This document shows positions 1 through 13,749 of a stretch of 64,000 nucleotides of DNA, piece after piece (positions within the stretch are counted from its first letter, which is position 1; each line of letters starts with the position of its first letter). This stretch comes from Pelomyxa schiedti (Eukaryota; Protista; Evosea): the NCBI GenBank assembly GCA_020536535.1, contig JAHLWZ010000386.1, positions 62,001 to 126,000 on the forward strand. Reading direction: 5' to 3'. The position numbers and the translations under genes are program-made. The notes beneath the pieces were generated by a model, which did no database searches, was not told the DNA's origin, and was given only the letters and a program-made list of their open reading frames with translations.

Positions 1-346
1 TAGGCTGGCCCCGATTTTTTCGACGAGCGCCGCGGCAGACGAGGTCAGGGACGAGTGCGGCGATGAAGCGCTGGGCACACGGACAGCAACGTGTCTGGCC
101 GACTGCATCACGAATCGTGCAGTACGACGTACTTCGTCGCAAGGCGACGGCCTTGCTCTCGGCGGGAAATCCATGGTTATCAAACCCAAACTTACAATCT
201 TACACTCATTCAGTGAGTTGTCCATAATTCATTTGGGAGACTGTGTTGTTACCATTTGGGCACGTGCTTCCAACAACACCAGTAGGACGCAGGCCCAAGA
301 AACAGGTAAAAGGCGGGTGAATATGTTTGGTGCTGGAATTCACAAC

Positions 347-1863
347 CTACATCACATGGAAGGTCTCATCCACCCACTCTGCAACTTCAATGTTGCCCCA
401 ACTGAGTGCAGACACAAGTGATTTGATGATGTCACTTTGTGATAGGGACACCTTCGTTGACAGCCACTTGGCAAGTGTGGATCCTCTTTTTCTTGATGTT
501 GAACACGCTGATGCAAAGGTTGCTGCTGTTGGTGTGAAGCTCTGTTCTGTGACAAGCCACTGAGTGAATTCCACGTCTCCAGTGTTTCTGCATACATGGT
601 TGAGGTCCACTTCATCCAGTGAAGATGGAAAAGTTGTTAGCAACCACTTGGCAACATCTATGTTGTACAAATCTGGTAGTGCCCAGAAATTGGGGGAAAG
701 AACATGTTCAAATATTTGGCAATCTTTCACAGTGCTGTGCTTGTTTGTCACAAGCGCCAATTCTGTTGTGAACTGTTGGCACCAACTGGAAAGTTATCCA
801 GGCACCACTTAAAGTTGAAGGGGGAGGTTCCTGAAGCACACATGTTATAAAGGCCAAAAAACTCTGCTTCACCCAATTCCCATTCAAACCCAAACCTGTC
901 AAACAGCCACTTTACAACTTCTATCTTCCCATCATACATACACCAGCTCATTGGATCATACATTACCCACAATACCTCGTCAGAATCTAGACCAAGCACA
1001 CTCACCATCCACATGACAGCATCAACCCCCCCTGCACAACACACACTCCTAACACAGCTTGAATTCCCACACGATGTCCTTGCATATTCAATCACATTTT
1101 CCCTCAGGCCAGCCACACCACTCTCAGTGCGGCAGGCAGCCTGCCGCCCCACAATGTGGCGCCCATCCCACAATTGCGGAAGTGTGTATCTGGTGTTGCT
1201 CCCTTCAGCCTCTGCACCACTGCTATTAGCACCACCAAACAGGGAAGTGGCCAGTCCCACGTGGCCACCAACCAGCAACCCAACCACAGTCGCACTCACT
1301 TCCTTCACCACAACACCACAACCACCCTTAACACCAACCTCCAGCTTCTGACACTGCTCTTCCCTTCTTCTGATCCCTTCACTGGCACTGCTGTTTGTCG
1401 TTGTCATCGCGTTTTCTTCTTCTGATGTTGTTGTTGGCCGCGCACCCGTTTGTTGGAGCAGTGTAGAATACCCACAATCTGAGGAGACAAAGCCGTCGTT
1501 GAGCCGGCCACTGTGCCTGTTGTTGAGGATCCACGCCACGCACGACGGCGCTGGACCGCTCGCTGCACTTCTAATTGCACCGTAGCTGAGGACGTACTTC
1601 TCAAAGCCAAGAGGGAACGTGAGTACCCTGCGGCACGATGGGGAACATCGCCTCGGCCGCCCGAAACAAGTCGAGGTAGCGGTGCCTGTTGGGATCCGTA
1701 CTTTATGTTCCCCTGTGAGTCGCCGTGCCCGTCGAGCAGCCCTGGTGACACTACGTGGTGCCAAACAACTCGCGACACAACGAGAACCCTGTCGATGTTG
1801 GCAGCCCGATCGGGATGGTGGTCGAGAGCGCGCAAATGGAGGCAGTGTGCCACCGTGGGGCAT
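347..1863 (-). pseudogene. Degenerate ankyrin-like repeat protein of an expanded family; likely pseudogene
   Basis: Repeat-like segments (CVAWIL, AVMWMVSVLGL, GKIEVVKWLFDRFG, GDVEFTQWLVTE, GNIEVAEWVDETF) are spread over different frames (ORFs 1404-1853, 748-1863, 347-760). The frame changes near 1630 and 770 lack plausible introns. Confidence 0.55.
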
Positions 1864-1997
1864 CAGATGTCATTGTCGGAAATCAATACTTCCTTGAATG
1901 AACCACTCCGAAAACGAACCGTTGCGCACAGTGCTGTGGCTGCCGTAACCTTCACATAACTGCCCATTGAACATTTTTTTTCTGTGGCGCAACGTAG

Positions 1998-2708
1998 ATG
2001 TCATGTGGAGCAGTGGATGGAGGCGAGACGGTTACGCTCAAGTCTTTGAGAAGAGTGTTTGCTGATTTTGACGAGGGAGGAAAGGGCTGGCTTACAAGAC
2101 AAGACCTGAGGATGGCAATGACAGCTTTGCTGGTTGTGTCTAGACCCGCTATGTTTTCATGTCATGACAAATTTGGTTTTTTTGTTAACGCATGCTTTCA
2201 GGGGTATAGACCGTCAAAGGTGAGTCTCTCAGTCATCCTACATTTTTGATTGTGTAATGAACAAAGACAGAGTTGCACACACTGGTTCCTGATTCCACTG
2301 GCGCATCAAGTAAAATCAAAATGTTCCGGTGCCTTTCTTCTTTAACAGTTGTGACAGAGATAGACGAAGCAACCTTTGTTCAAATAATGTCATTCAAGCT
2401 GTCCACAAGGGATACTGTTGATGACATCCGGAAGAAGTTTATGACACTGGATAGTCACTGTATGCACCTTCTCAATTCCGTAAAATACCTACATATTCAC
2501 TCGCTAAAGTCCGAGGGTACCTCATGCTTGAAGATATTCTGCCGGCCTTGAAATCAGTCGGAGTACCAGAAACAACGATACACCAGGTTTCCACACTCTA
2601 GCCTCATGAATCTCTGAACGTTTTCTACAGATTTTTGTACAAACGGACACCGACAGAGACGGGAAAATAACTTTCAAAGATTTTGAGAGAATGATGAAGT
2701 ATCCATAG
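1998..2708 (+). CDS. EFCAB11: EF-hand calcium-binding protein, EFCAB11-like (multi-exon)
   Basis: Spliced product VFADFDEGGKGWLTRQDLRMAMTALL|GYRPSK...DDIRKKFMTLDSH|RGYLMLED...|IFVQTDTDRDGKITFKDFERMMKYP*. EF-hand loops and the LLGYxPSK signature are present. Confidence 0.75.
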
Positions 2709-2812
2709 ACCCAGAATTCCATTTACATTCAGTTCCTTTCTGTATGCTACCACCGTGCTGCTTGGCATTGAAATTGAATAAATTGTTTTGGGTCTATGCT
2801 GTTTGATTTGCT

Positions 2813-4144
2813 TCAGAGAGAGGCAACGATTTTGCCAGTTGTGTGGCCCTGGGACATTTTGACGAGGGCAGCAGGGAGGTCATTGATTGAGATTGGCGGC
2901 TGTGCCGTGGTCTTGAGCTTCCCTTGAACAACAAGCGATGCGAGATGGTTGCCAATCTCTTCAAGACTTGCTGCCAGTTCCTCTGTTGGGTGAAGTTGTG
3001 TTTTTGTGGGAAGTTGGAATTGTGGGGAGGTGTAGTACCTGATTTGTGGAATAGACCAAGCAGGATTTCGTGAGCACTGATTCCTTTGGAGAACGGTTGG
3101 TAGTTGGCAAAGTTTGGGAACCCTGTTATGAATGCAATTTGCCCGCACAGCTTTACAAGCCCAAGAGCTTCGTTGGCGGAATTTCCCCCAATGACATCAA
3201 TGACAACATCGGCTCCTGGTATGGTGATGAGAAGGTGAACTGTAAATAAGAGGGTGTTTTATTGCCTTTTCCTGCAGTGAGTGCCATAACTTTGTCCTGT
3301 ATTCCTCCTTTCGTGTAATCAATGAAGTGTGTGGCACCAAGCCCCATGACCAACGATTCTTTTTCTGTAGATGCAGTGGCAATAACTTTGCACCCTCTGA
3401 GAACAGCCAGTTGAATAGCAAAGCATCCAACACCGCTCGATCCTCCTGCACAATTCGGATTTTGTCAATTGTATTTGGCCAACGAAAAGGGAGGGGGTAC
3501 CCAATACAACTACAGTATGACCTGAGTGAGCACCGGCCTACAGAAGGGTTATCACAAAGGAAAAATTTCGCTGAGTGACGACTTCACCTTGTTGAGGGCA
3601 TAGTATGCTGTGCCAGCAGCCACGGGCAAAGCAGCAGCATCAGTAAAGGACAGTTCAGCTGGCTTTCTGGTTAATCCAAGTGCCGGAGCCAGAATAATCT
3701 CCGCGAAGGAGCCTTGTGGTCCATCATGAGGAACCCACCCAAACACATCATCCCCCTCCCTCCACTTTGAAACTCCTTCCCCAACCCCAATTACTGTCCC
3801 AGCCTAAAAAATCCCGTTTTGGAGGTTAAAATAAAACTGAAAGTACATTCACAAAAAAGGTCAAGAGCATACAAAGTCAAGGCCAGGAATGTGGGGCCAC
3901 GACCATCCGGGGAATCCAAATTTAGCAGTCTTGTAATCCGCTGCATTGAGAGATACAGCCTTGACCCTCACAAGGACTTTGCCTGGCGTGGCGGCTCCGG
4001 GGGCATCGACGGTGCTCACCTAACCAACACAAGTGTGAGACTTTTCCTTACTTCACGGAGTACGTCGCCGATCCAAGGTTATGGGAGTGAGAGTGGACTC
4101 ACGACAAAGGGTTGCCCGGCACTAGCAACAGTCACAGCTTTCAT
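2813..4144 (-). CDS. MDR-family NAD(P)H quinone oxidoreductase / zinc-binding dehydrogenase-like
   Basis: MKAV...|VLVRVKAVSLNAADYK, PHIPGLDF, GSFAEII, LSFTDAAALPVAAGTAYYAL, LGATHFIDY, GHTTGKIV; GT-AG introns. Confidence 0.88.
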
Positions 4145-4278
4145 TTTCTTTTTAACGCTATCAAACCGACGTCTTTTCCGGGAAATCAATGTCACAGCAA
4201 CACCAAATAAACGGTGATGCCAGAAAAAAAACATCAGAAACAAAACGTGGGTCGTTGTGCCCTGATCGGTTGCGTAGT

Positions 4279-6883
4279 ATGTCGGGAAAGAAGATCTTGA
4301 CGTGTCAGATCGACTTGTGCCTCACTTTCGAGATCGAGGATCCTCCGCCCTCCTCGTCTTTCAGTGCCGGTGTGTTTCCTTTCTTTTATTGCATTTTTGC
4401 GCCAAACAACCAAAACCTTTCTCTCACTAGGCATTTCGTGCAACGGCAGCGGAAATGTCGGCGTTGGATTGTCGTTCGACGAGGGAGTCGAAGTGCCCGT
4501 CGTGAGAGTGTCAGTCGACAAGCCCAAAGTGAGAGTGCGCATGAAAACTGCTTCGAATGTGCCGTCAGTGCCAGCGCCAACGCCGCCTCTTCCATCCGAG
4601 GTGGAATTATGTGGCTTCGCCCCGAACCCATCACAACCAGAGCCGGAGCATATAATACAACCCCCCGTAACTCCATGTGACACACGGGCGGAGGCAGTGG
4701 CAGTTGTCTCCGTTTGTGAGAAGCAAGAGCACACGTTGGAATCCGAAAACCTGGTGGGTGTTGAAAGTGTTCCTGTTCCGCCATTGCAAGCTCCTGTGCC
4801 ACCATCACAAGCTCCTGTTCCACCATTGCCAATTATTACGCCCCAAGTTGATGTACAGGTTCAAAGTCCTCAAACTAACCAAATTCCGAGAGACGGAGTT
4901 GGGCAGAAAGCTCCTGATGCCCCGTGCTCACTCCAGCCGGAACGTCCTCCTGTTAGTTTGGAGCTTCTGGTGGCAACTCCTGCTTCCCCTCCCACTGGGG
5001 CTGCCAATCCTATCAATTCGTCAATGGCAAACACTCACTGCCTCTCTCCAGACAAATGGGAGGGATCTGCCCTTTCCCCTCCCATTTGTGATAGTATAAC
5101 AACACCTTGCTTCCCCGCAGTCTCCCCACCATTGCCCAATAAGGTTAGTGTGCTTAACTTAACTTGCGGGCATATTTCGCTAATAAAACTCAAAAGTAGA
5201 CCCCACCAACCATTGATACTGAAAAATATGAAGCTGCATTTCCCCCAGGGCCAATTCCAGGTCACAATTCTCCAACCAGAACGGAACTTGTGTTTCCTCC
5301 AATTGCCACCCCTTCTGCAGCTCCACCACCAACACATTTTTCATCACAACAGATTTACACTCAAATGCCGGAAGAACAGTTTCCACTCCAACCAGTATCT
5401 GCTCTTCAACCACCGTTTGTGCCACAGGAACAACAATGTGTTCCAACACCCCAAGCAATTCCCAACCCACCCCAAAATTTTGAACAGTACTCGAACCCCA
5501 TAGATCAACAGCCTTCGTTTACCTATCAGACCGTGATAATGCCACAAGATATTCCTTACCAAACTGTAGTATACGGGAATACCCCACACCCTCCTCCTTT
5601 TCCACCTCCACCACACATGGTTCCGCAACTTATTCCACAACCTCCTCCACTCACCCAAACAGCATCTGCGGCCCTTAAGCGCGTCAATGTATATTTCTGG
5701 GGCAGGAGAGGGTGCGGAAAATCTACGCTTTTGAATTTACTGTGCCGGAAGTTCACACATGCAGTTTTGTTCCCGCCCTAGTTTCATGGGCATTTCACCA
5801 TTCCTAAGTGTCACTACTAGAAAGAAGATCTCTACTTGAAAAAGCATTCTTCACCTGCGAACACTGTCGCGGTGCGTGCGGTGTCTCTTTCAATGCCACG
5901 TTTTGGAATTCAGCTGAGAATGTGTGACACTCCAAGTCAGCCCTTCACTGCTCAGACAATTCAAGAAGACTTGGCACTCATAAAACTACTCAGGCACTTC
6001 TTCGTCTTTTTTTTTTTTTTTTTTTTCTTATTGTTATTATTTTCCTTTGTCTCATCTTTTTTGTTACACAGACGTGGGCTAAAATTAAACACACCCATTC
6101 CTAATGGAGAGCTCCCTTCCTTTCCAGTCAATCCAGACTATGAGGCTCATGCATTTGCCATTGTGTTGCGTGCTGACGAACTCAAGTGGATTTCATATCC
6201 GAGTGTGCCCTCACTTTTTAGTTTTGGTTCTGATGCAGTGCCAGAATATAAGTCACCGGCACTAGACACAAATGACTTGAAATTCCTTGCTGGATTACGA
6301 GGAGAAGCTAAGAGCCTCGACTTTCCCGAACCTGCTTTAATTATCACATGTTGTGATAAAGACAAGGTATTTGCTCACACTTGTCGAAAGCGTTTTGTGG
6401 TAACTTTCTTGAAAGGCACATACAAGAGAACAGCTTCATCAGCTTGTCAAAAATCTGGGATTTTCGACCACATGTACTATTGTTTTGCTGCTTCAACTTT
6501 ACCCTAATACAGCTAGTAATACTGACAGGAGTGACGGATTCCAGTGGAAAGCAGGAGTTTGATACTTCGTCTGTTCCTTTTGTTGATGCGATGGTCAAGT
6601 GGCTCACACAGGGTACCGGCTTTTCTCCCTTACCTACAATCTTACAAATGAAGGTGTTGCTTCAGCTGCGAGACAACCCCAACAATTTGTACCACAACCA
6701 AATCACCCGTACCCGCATTTTTACCGCTACTCCACCCCACCTTACCAAACCAATCCTGTGCAGTACGAACCACAGGCACAGTACATCCCTCAACCAACAT
6801 ACTACCAAGAACCACCTCAACCACCACACCCTTACCAACCCGCTCCGCCACCTTCATACCCCTCTGCGCCTCATCGCAATTAA
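4279..6883 (+). CDS. Pro/Gln-rich protein with a P-loop GTPase-like domain (possibly IFI44-like)
   Basis: Walker A VYFWGRRGCGKS, G3-like MCDTP, AHAFAIVLRAD, G4-like IITCCDK, between low-complexity Pro-rich regions. Confidence 0.6.
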
Positions 6884-7012
6884 CACAACCAACACCCACA
6901 CAGAACACAGGCTCCCAATAGAATAGTCTGGTTTAGAGTTTAAGAACGAAACAAAAAAAACGTGCAGTTGCACCAGTTAATTAATCTAGTAAGCCTCTGT
7001 GGGATCACGAAG

Positions 7013-8341
7013 ATGATGCGCCGCGAGTCCGTTGTTGCCTCGACGCCCACGATGCCCCTTGCGGCCATAAAAATGGCGCCGCCTATGGACGCAACACCCG
7101 CTCCCACAATGACGGCGGCGCAGCAGCAAGTGCCCTCGGCGAAACCAAGTGCCGCCGCCAGCGGTGCGAGCACGACGACCAAGTTGGTGCCTGGTGGCGG
7201 CTCGTCGGGCAGCGGCGCGGTGGCGAGAATTGGCAGGGGCGCTGCTGAGTTGAGGCAAATGTGAGTTTATCCGGCCGTCGTTGTGTATATTGTGTTTGGA
7301 TTATGGGTGGCCATTTGGAAATTGGAACTGTGGCTGGGGTACCGGGGAAGTACATAACATATAGTGGCGAATTTAATTGGTTCTCTGTGTGGTGACTGTT
7401 TAGTGGAGTTGTAGAGCTTACTTGATTTTTTCCCCTAAAGGTACGTTAAAACTGGGACGGTAACACAAGCAAGTGGCTCAGCTTTTATAAGCTTGAGTGG
7501 CACGAAGGTTTTCCTTGGTCCTCCTTTTTTCCCCCTTTCTTTCTTTCTTCTCGAACTCACTTTTGTATAATTAGGTGCTATGTAGTGTTCACGGTCCTAG
7601 ACCATTACCCACCATAACCGGAGATGCAGTAAGTGAGCTTGGTATAATCAAGTGTGAATTCAGAGTTGCCCGCTTTGCGGAACTGGGAGTTCGTCGAGGA
7701 GGTGAAAAATTCTCGGAAGAACGTTCAGAAGAGAAGGAACTGGGCTTGTTACTTGCCCAAAGCTTAGAAGTTGCTGTATGTGCATATACCTTACTTTTTC
7801 GTAGTTCTTAATTCGCACAGGTTTGCCTAAGAAGTTTTCCCAAGTCAATTGTTGATGTGAATATACTTGTTGTAGAAGATGATGGCTCAGTATTAAGTGC
7901 AGCTTGCATTGCTGCCAGTCTTGCCTTAGCGGACGCCGGTATTGAAATGTATGATTTAGTCACAGCTTGCACTGTTTCAAAGGTACGAATGACCGTTACC
8001 CTAAAAAAGAACAAGAAAGAAAAATATATGAACAAAAACAACATAAAAAAACAAACATAAAACCTACATTATCCAACAACCAAAGCATGCCTCCCACACA
8101 GTCACCCAGCGGTACCCTTCTCGTTGACCCGGACCACAAAGAAGAGCAGAATCAAAAAGGAGGCCTGATGCTATCCTACACACCCAGCATCGGTGAAATC
8201 ACACAAATGTGCCTCTTTGGCCAGCTCTCCCAAGCGGACATCAATGACAGCATTGCAATGTGCATCGACGCCTGCACCAAACTAAGTGCCCTTATGTCTG
8301 AAGTCCTTGCCTCCACTATCAGCAACAACAGAACGGAATAG
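7013..8341 (+). CDS. EXOSC6: Exosome core subunit MTR3 (RNase PH-like)
   Basis: ELRQM|[16 protein letters not shown]...TK|VLCSVHGPR...CEFRVARFA...[43 protein letters not shown]...[10 protein letters not shown]. Confidence 0.85.
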
Positions 8342-8667
8342 AAAATAGAACCCAGAGCCCTTCTAAGCCTCTACTTTTTTTTCTAAAAACTTTTTCCTTC
8401 CTTTGGCAACTGCAGGCAACCAAAGAAAATAATTTTGCCCTGGTGCCGCGATCGGCCAATTTGCACGCAACAGTCCGTATCTGTACATTCATACGACAAT
8501 TCATCGCAAACGCGCAGTGATTATTAATGCCACACAACTCACTTGTTCTTATGGCACCCTAACTTGGCCGTCTTTTTTCCCCTCCGTTTTGTTGTTGCTT
8601 TCTGCGGTTCATTTGTGGCTTGCAGCAGCATACACACACTGTAGGAGGCCATTCATAGTATTACGAA

Positions 8668-9033
8668 ATGAGCAAAGTCGTGGGGCCAGATTTGCGAAAA
8701 CTTATGGACAAAAAAATCACAGTCAAACTCAATGCAAACAGAAGAGTGACTGGCATTCTGCGAGGATTTGACCAATTCATGGTTTGTACTCATGCACCAC
8801 ATGCATTTTTATTTCATTTGATAGAATCATATCTACTTTTCCTGTTACTAACGTAAAAACCCAAAACAAACATATTCACCATCCTACTGAAAATCAAATA
8901 CAACCAACAACAGAACATTGTATTGGAAGACACAGTGGAGGAAGTGTCACACACAGAGAGAAACGAAATTGGAATGGTTGTCATAAGAGGCAACAGCATA
9001 GTCATAATGGAACCAATTGAGCACGTACCCTGA
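8668..9033 (+). CDS. SNRPG: Small nuclear ribonucleoprotein G (SmG)
   Basis: [38 protein letters not shown]|NIVLEDTVE...[18 protein letters not shown]; one intron, ~8782-8913. Confidence 0.95.
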
Positions 9034-9279
9034 CACCACCATTTCATAAATAAAACAACCCCACAATAAAAAGTGTGCATGTGTTTTATTCTCTCAAGAT
9101 TTCCTTTTTTTTTCAAAGTTCTGAACACCTGTCACTCCCACATTGGTGCAGGCAACTTGTGTCAACCTCGCTTGTCTAATTTCTATTCGTCAGTTAGACA
9201 TCTAAGCCCTTTCAATTTTGAAAAAAAAATAAAAAAAACCGGATCTTACGCGACTCCTTGCCGGTTAAGACAACGACAG

Positions 9280-12200
9280 ATGAGCAGACAGAAAGTGAAG
9301 GAGGACATTGCAATAACAAGGGCATTTTTTGACAACCCCAAGTCACTCATAAGAGGTAGTTATTGCAACGGTTGCGGTTGTCATCTGTGTTCATTCATTG
9401 CGACCAGGCATTAGGCTGGAGGATGATGATCTGTCATTCTCGTTCCATGCACCAACGAAGATCTTGAATTTTGTTTTGCATTTGTCAGAGTACCCAGGCA
9501 CTTTCTTAACCTTCAGGTTGCTTTACTCATTTGACGCAGCGTTGACCCTCTATCCCGAGGATGGTGATCCTGACCACTTCAAGGGCACTGTGCTCAATGC
9601 CTTACAAACTGTAAATACTAGTATGTCTTCATTACCCAAGGAATACCTGTTTATCATTTCTTTTCCACAGGACTGTGTGCACAATTTAACATCCCTTTAA
9701 CTGTAAGTACTACTACACCCGCATCTCCACCTTCAACGTCAACCACGCAAGTTTCCACATCAACAACCCCAGTTTCTGTCCAACCACCTTCTGAGAACTC
9801 TGCACGTACATCACACGGTGCTGATTCAGATGACGAGGAATCCTTTGTTTGTGCAATTCCTGTGAAGTAAATCAGTTACCTAGTACATAGGACATAGCCA
9901 GATGGGATAGCAATCCAGAGTTTGCTTCGGATGTGGCACAGTTTATTGCCCACTGTAGTGATAAAATAAATATCAAGTTAGGTTGTACTGGCTTCAAGTT
10001 TTGACTGACTTCTTTTTCAGACCAGTACCAATTCTTGAATGTGTTGATGTAGAAATGAACATGAAGGCTTTGGATGTGATAGATTGGAAGACAATTCAAG
10101 CTTGGGGTGGTGAACCACGGCTAGAGCTATTTATGAAGTCTCATACTTTCCTTTCAATTCTTCAATTCTTATGTCTGTTGCATGTAGGCTGTCATTCCAT
10201 CCAGAATATTATACTGACGCTCCAGCACCACCTAAAGTAGAGTTTTTCCAACCAGATGGCGACGCAAAACCCGACTTCAAAATGAGAACACAGCTTGAAA
10301 GTATAGCTAACAACTTTGTTATCTCAAACTGGAAGAGGTTCCACTCTGCAAATAGAATTAGATCCCCGTATGTAGACCACGGTAATGAGTTTCCTTTAAT
10401 CCTTGATCAAGTTCTGCTGTTGGCAAACCTGCCAAGCCTGCACCTGTGCCCCCACCCCTTCCAGCTGCAAGCCCTACCAAAGCACCTCCTAATGCGTCTC
10501 CAGAAATTAAACAGCTTATGGAAATGGGATTTTCTTATGATGCCGCCGAAGGAGCTCTAATGATTGCACAAACTGTGGAAGCTGCAATAACTCTACTCAC
10601 TGAACAAGCGACACTAACAAAGGAATCTGTACCCCCTTCTGTAAAACCGGGGAAGACGTCAATACCCACGCCTGCAAAGAGTTCTATAGTAGTTTCCTCC
10701 AGTCTTGTATGCAGTACCAAGTTAGTTGCTCAATTCACTATTCCCACAGGAATTGCAAGAACTGGGTTTTTTGGTGTGCCTATTTTCTTATGTCAGGTTT
10801 CGGTCAAGATATTGTTTGCTCTGCCCTGACGGCTTTGTAGAAAGAGGCTACGCACTCTGAATCAACACTGTGTTATCTGTGACAGAGAACACCTCTTTTC
10901 TTCTATCATGCTCAAGCCCGCTGTCTGCTCAAGGGATTTGTGTTGTTGGAGTTTTCAGCAGCTTGGTTTGCCAACTTACTTGTTATCTCGTCCTTACCCT
11001 TCATTCAGGTGTTGCTCGAGGTACCTACTTTAATCTTAATATCCAGTAAATAAAACTTTTCAGCTGCTGCTGATCACGTGTCTACTGGTGCCGAGGTTCG
11101 TTTTTCCCCACTCACAATTGAATAACAACAAATCCAGGTTATTGATCTTCTTGTGTGTATGGCAACTGCGGCAGCGCATTCTGCTCGAGCCGATATGGTA
11201 ACGGATTCCTTGAAGTCTCTCATTAATCTTGAAAACAGATTTTCGACCCCTTCCCACTTGTCTTCGATCCAGATAACCAAAAAAGAAAAGTTTTAGATCC
11301 TGCCTCCAAGGTTGAAACGATTTGTGACAATCGTAGGTCTCACAGTTGATAGAACTTTGCCTACGCCAAACAGCTTCTTGCAAAATTCCCCACAGTAGAG
11401 ACCATGGTGAGATGCAGAGACTTCACAGAAATTCAAGACATCCTTCAGAGGGCTGACCCATTTGCTTTTCCCCTCCTACAATGGTTTGACACTTCACCAC
11501 TTTTATCCACTCACAGTCTCAAACAATAGGATCATCAACTCAAACCAGTCACATCTCGTGAAGCTCACTTCTGATCAAGTAAGCTTTTTAGGCTATTTCT
11601 TTTGAAAGAAAAATACTGTCCACTCAAGAACACAGCATATAAAAGGTCTAGGAACTACGCACCAATACTTGCTCGTTACAGATACTCCTGCCAAGGAAGC
11701 AGAATTTAAAAAAAGAAAGGCTAGTGGCACATCTATCTTTGCATTCCATGGAAGCCCGATAGAGAATTGGCACTCGATTATTCGAAGAGGGTTGTTTTCA
11801 TCGCCCAACCCATCTACTAATAGTAGTGAAGGTTAAAAAATGCCAGTGGAAGTAAACTTCAGCTCCATGGTGCAGCATACGGAAGTGGCATTTATATGTC
11901 CCCAGACCTCTCCACCTCCCATGGCTACTGTCGGGCTCAGTATATGGTTTTCTTTGTGTAGTTCCTTTCCCAACTAAAACAAATCACAGGCATCTAGACC
12001 AACAGGTGGCTCGGAGAGATTCCTTGGCGGAACGGATGTAATATGCATTGCTCTCTGTGAGGTGATCAACAGAAAAATAAACAAGGTTCGTTATTTTCAG
12101 AGCCTACATGGCCCTCATTGGTTGTAGAGTGGTACCATTTGGGTTGTCCCTGACGAGGATGATGTCTGCACCCGATTTTTCTTTGTGTACCCTGCTGGTA

Positions 12201-12340
12201 CCACCCCTCCTGCCCTCAATTCCGAGACTAAAGGTTTGAACAAACCAATGTTACGATGCTTTCTCATCCGTTTTTACAATTTAACAGAGTTCACTGAGGC
12301 TCTCAAGAGTGTAATGAGTTTATACTTTAGTATCTCTTGA
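9280..12340 (+). CDS. PARP6/PARP8-like mono-ADP-ribosyltransferase with an inserted UBA domain (many exons)
   Basis: CVICDREH...MLKPAVCSRDLCCWSFQQLG; FAFHGSPIENWHSIIRRGLKNASGSKLQLHGAAYGSGIYMSP; CIALCEVI; TIWVVPDEDDVCTRFFFVY; UBA IKQLMEMGFSYDAAEGAL. Confidence 0.9.
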
Positions 12341-12479
12341 TGAACCCCAAAGCAGCACATAGAGTTTAGGTGTTCTGAACTTGGTTTAACTTAAAACAAC
12401 AGAATACGAAAAAAAATTTCCTTTTTGGATTGTTTTTTTAAAAAATGTCTGGATACAAGTGCATAGCGTTATGCTAAGG

Positions 12480-13460
12480 TTAAGTCCTTCTTGCATGAAG
12501 ATTGACCCACTCCTTGGCGTGTCTTATGAAGGCAGCAGAGTCTGTCTTGTACTCTTTTGCTGCTTCTGTTAAGGGAGTTAGTGGACAAAATGAGGGTTTA
12601 TGTAGCTTGCCAAGGTTTAGAGGATCATCTTCATTGAAAGAATCGCTGAAGATTGGGGTGAGTGGAAAAAGTAAGAAAAAGTAAACAACGGAACCTGTGG
12701 TGCTCTGGGTCTGTAAAATCAAACATAGTCAATATACCGTTGACGAGTCCTTGCATTTGTATGACAGGTGACCAGCCACACCCTTGCCCAAATGCGGAAT
12801 CGACTTTGAGATAATTGTGGCAGACTGATCCCTCGAGCTGCATAATAGTGTTAGGGTCGAAAAAAATAAGTAATTGAGTGAAAGTGAAAACCCTTTTGGG
12901 CGAATTTGGTGATGAGAAGTGTATTGCGGGAAAAGGGAAGGAACATACATCAATATTAGGGTGCCATATTTTTGTGCGGACTTTGACAATCGGGGGCCTG
13001 TCAGGGTACTCTGGGACCTTCCGTACATCAAATTCGATGAGGTACTCCCCACCAGCATAAATTCCAGCCTGTGGGCGATACTTCACAAAGAATCTCTTGT
13101 ACTTTCCTGTTGAGAAAAAATGTTAAATCACGTAAGAAAACAGTAAATGAAATGCAATATAATGGAATATCGGTATAAAGTTTGATTGAATACGATACCT
13201 GAAGTAAGTTCACCAGAGGCAGGTGCATCCGGGAACTCAAGTCGGCACACAGATGGATCCTAAAAAAAAGGCAGTCAGAATGTGCCCAAGCAAAACCACA
13301 TAAACAAAAAAAGCAAAAACAAAAAAAAATAACACCACTGACGACTCATTCGCACCAGTTCGAGCTGTTCGCCGATTTTCCCAAACTCCTTAAGTAAAAA
13401 CAGGGATCTGGAGGACGTCCGCAGGGCCGACGCATTCGTACGCCGCATTAATGCCGCCAT
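12480..13460 (-). CDS. Ubiquitin/NEDD8-conjugating enzyme E2 (Ubc12/UBE2M-like)
   Basis: GIYAGGEYLIEF...YPDRPPIVKVRTKIWHPNID|LEGSVCHNYL (active-site Cys)...WSPV...NEDDPLNL|EAAKEY. Confidence 0.85.
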
Positions 13461-13749
13461 GGTATTGCCGGCAAAAACAATAAAATGATGAAAAACTCAA
13501 AAAAACAGAAGAAGATTTGATTTATTTTTTGCTTTGAGTTTCGGGTTCTGTATCTGGTGATAGATTCTTGACTTCGTTCCTGTGGCTTCCCCGGTTCTAA
13601 TGAAGAACACGCTTCCTGTGATTGGCTTCTTCTTTGCAAAACAAGCAATGTTTTGACTTGGTACCACAGTGGGAGTGTGACTTTGGATAAATGATAATAG
13701 AATTCTATTAGAGTTACCTTGGTACATAACATATAGATAGTTAGCTCCA

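Noticed and set aside
772-785. 14-nt GT..AG micro-intron that would repair the frameshift in the first gene
   Set aside because: Far shorter than any supported intron here, and the gene has other disruptions.
7261-7440. Longer (180-nt) MTR3 intron as a snoRNA host
   Set aside because: No convincing C/D or H/ACA boxes. The same applies to the SmG intron and the poly-T intron at 48823-48962.
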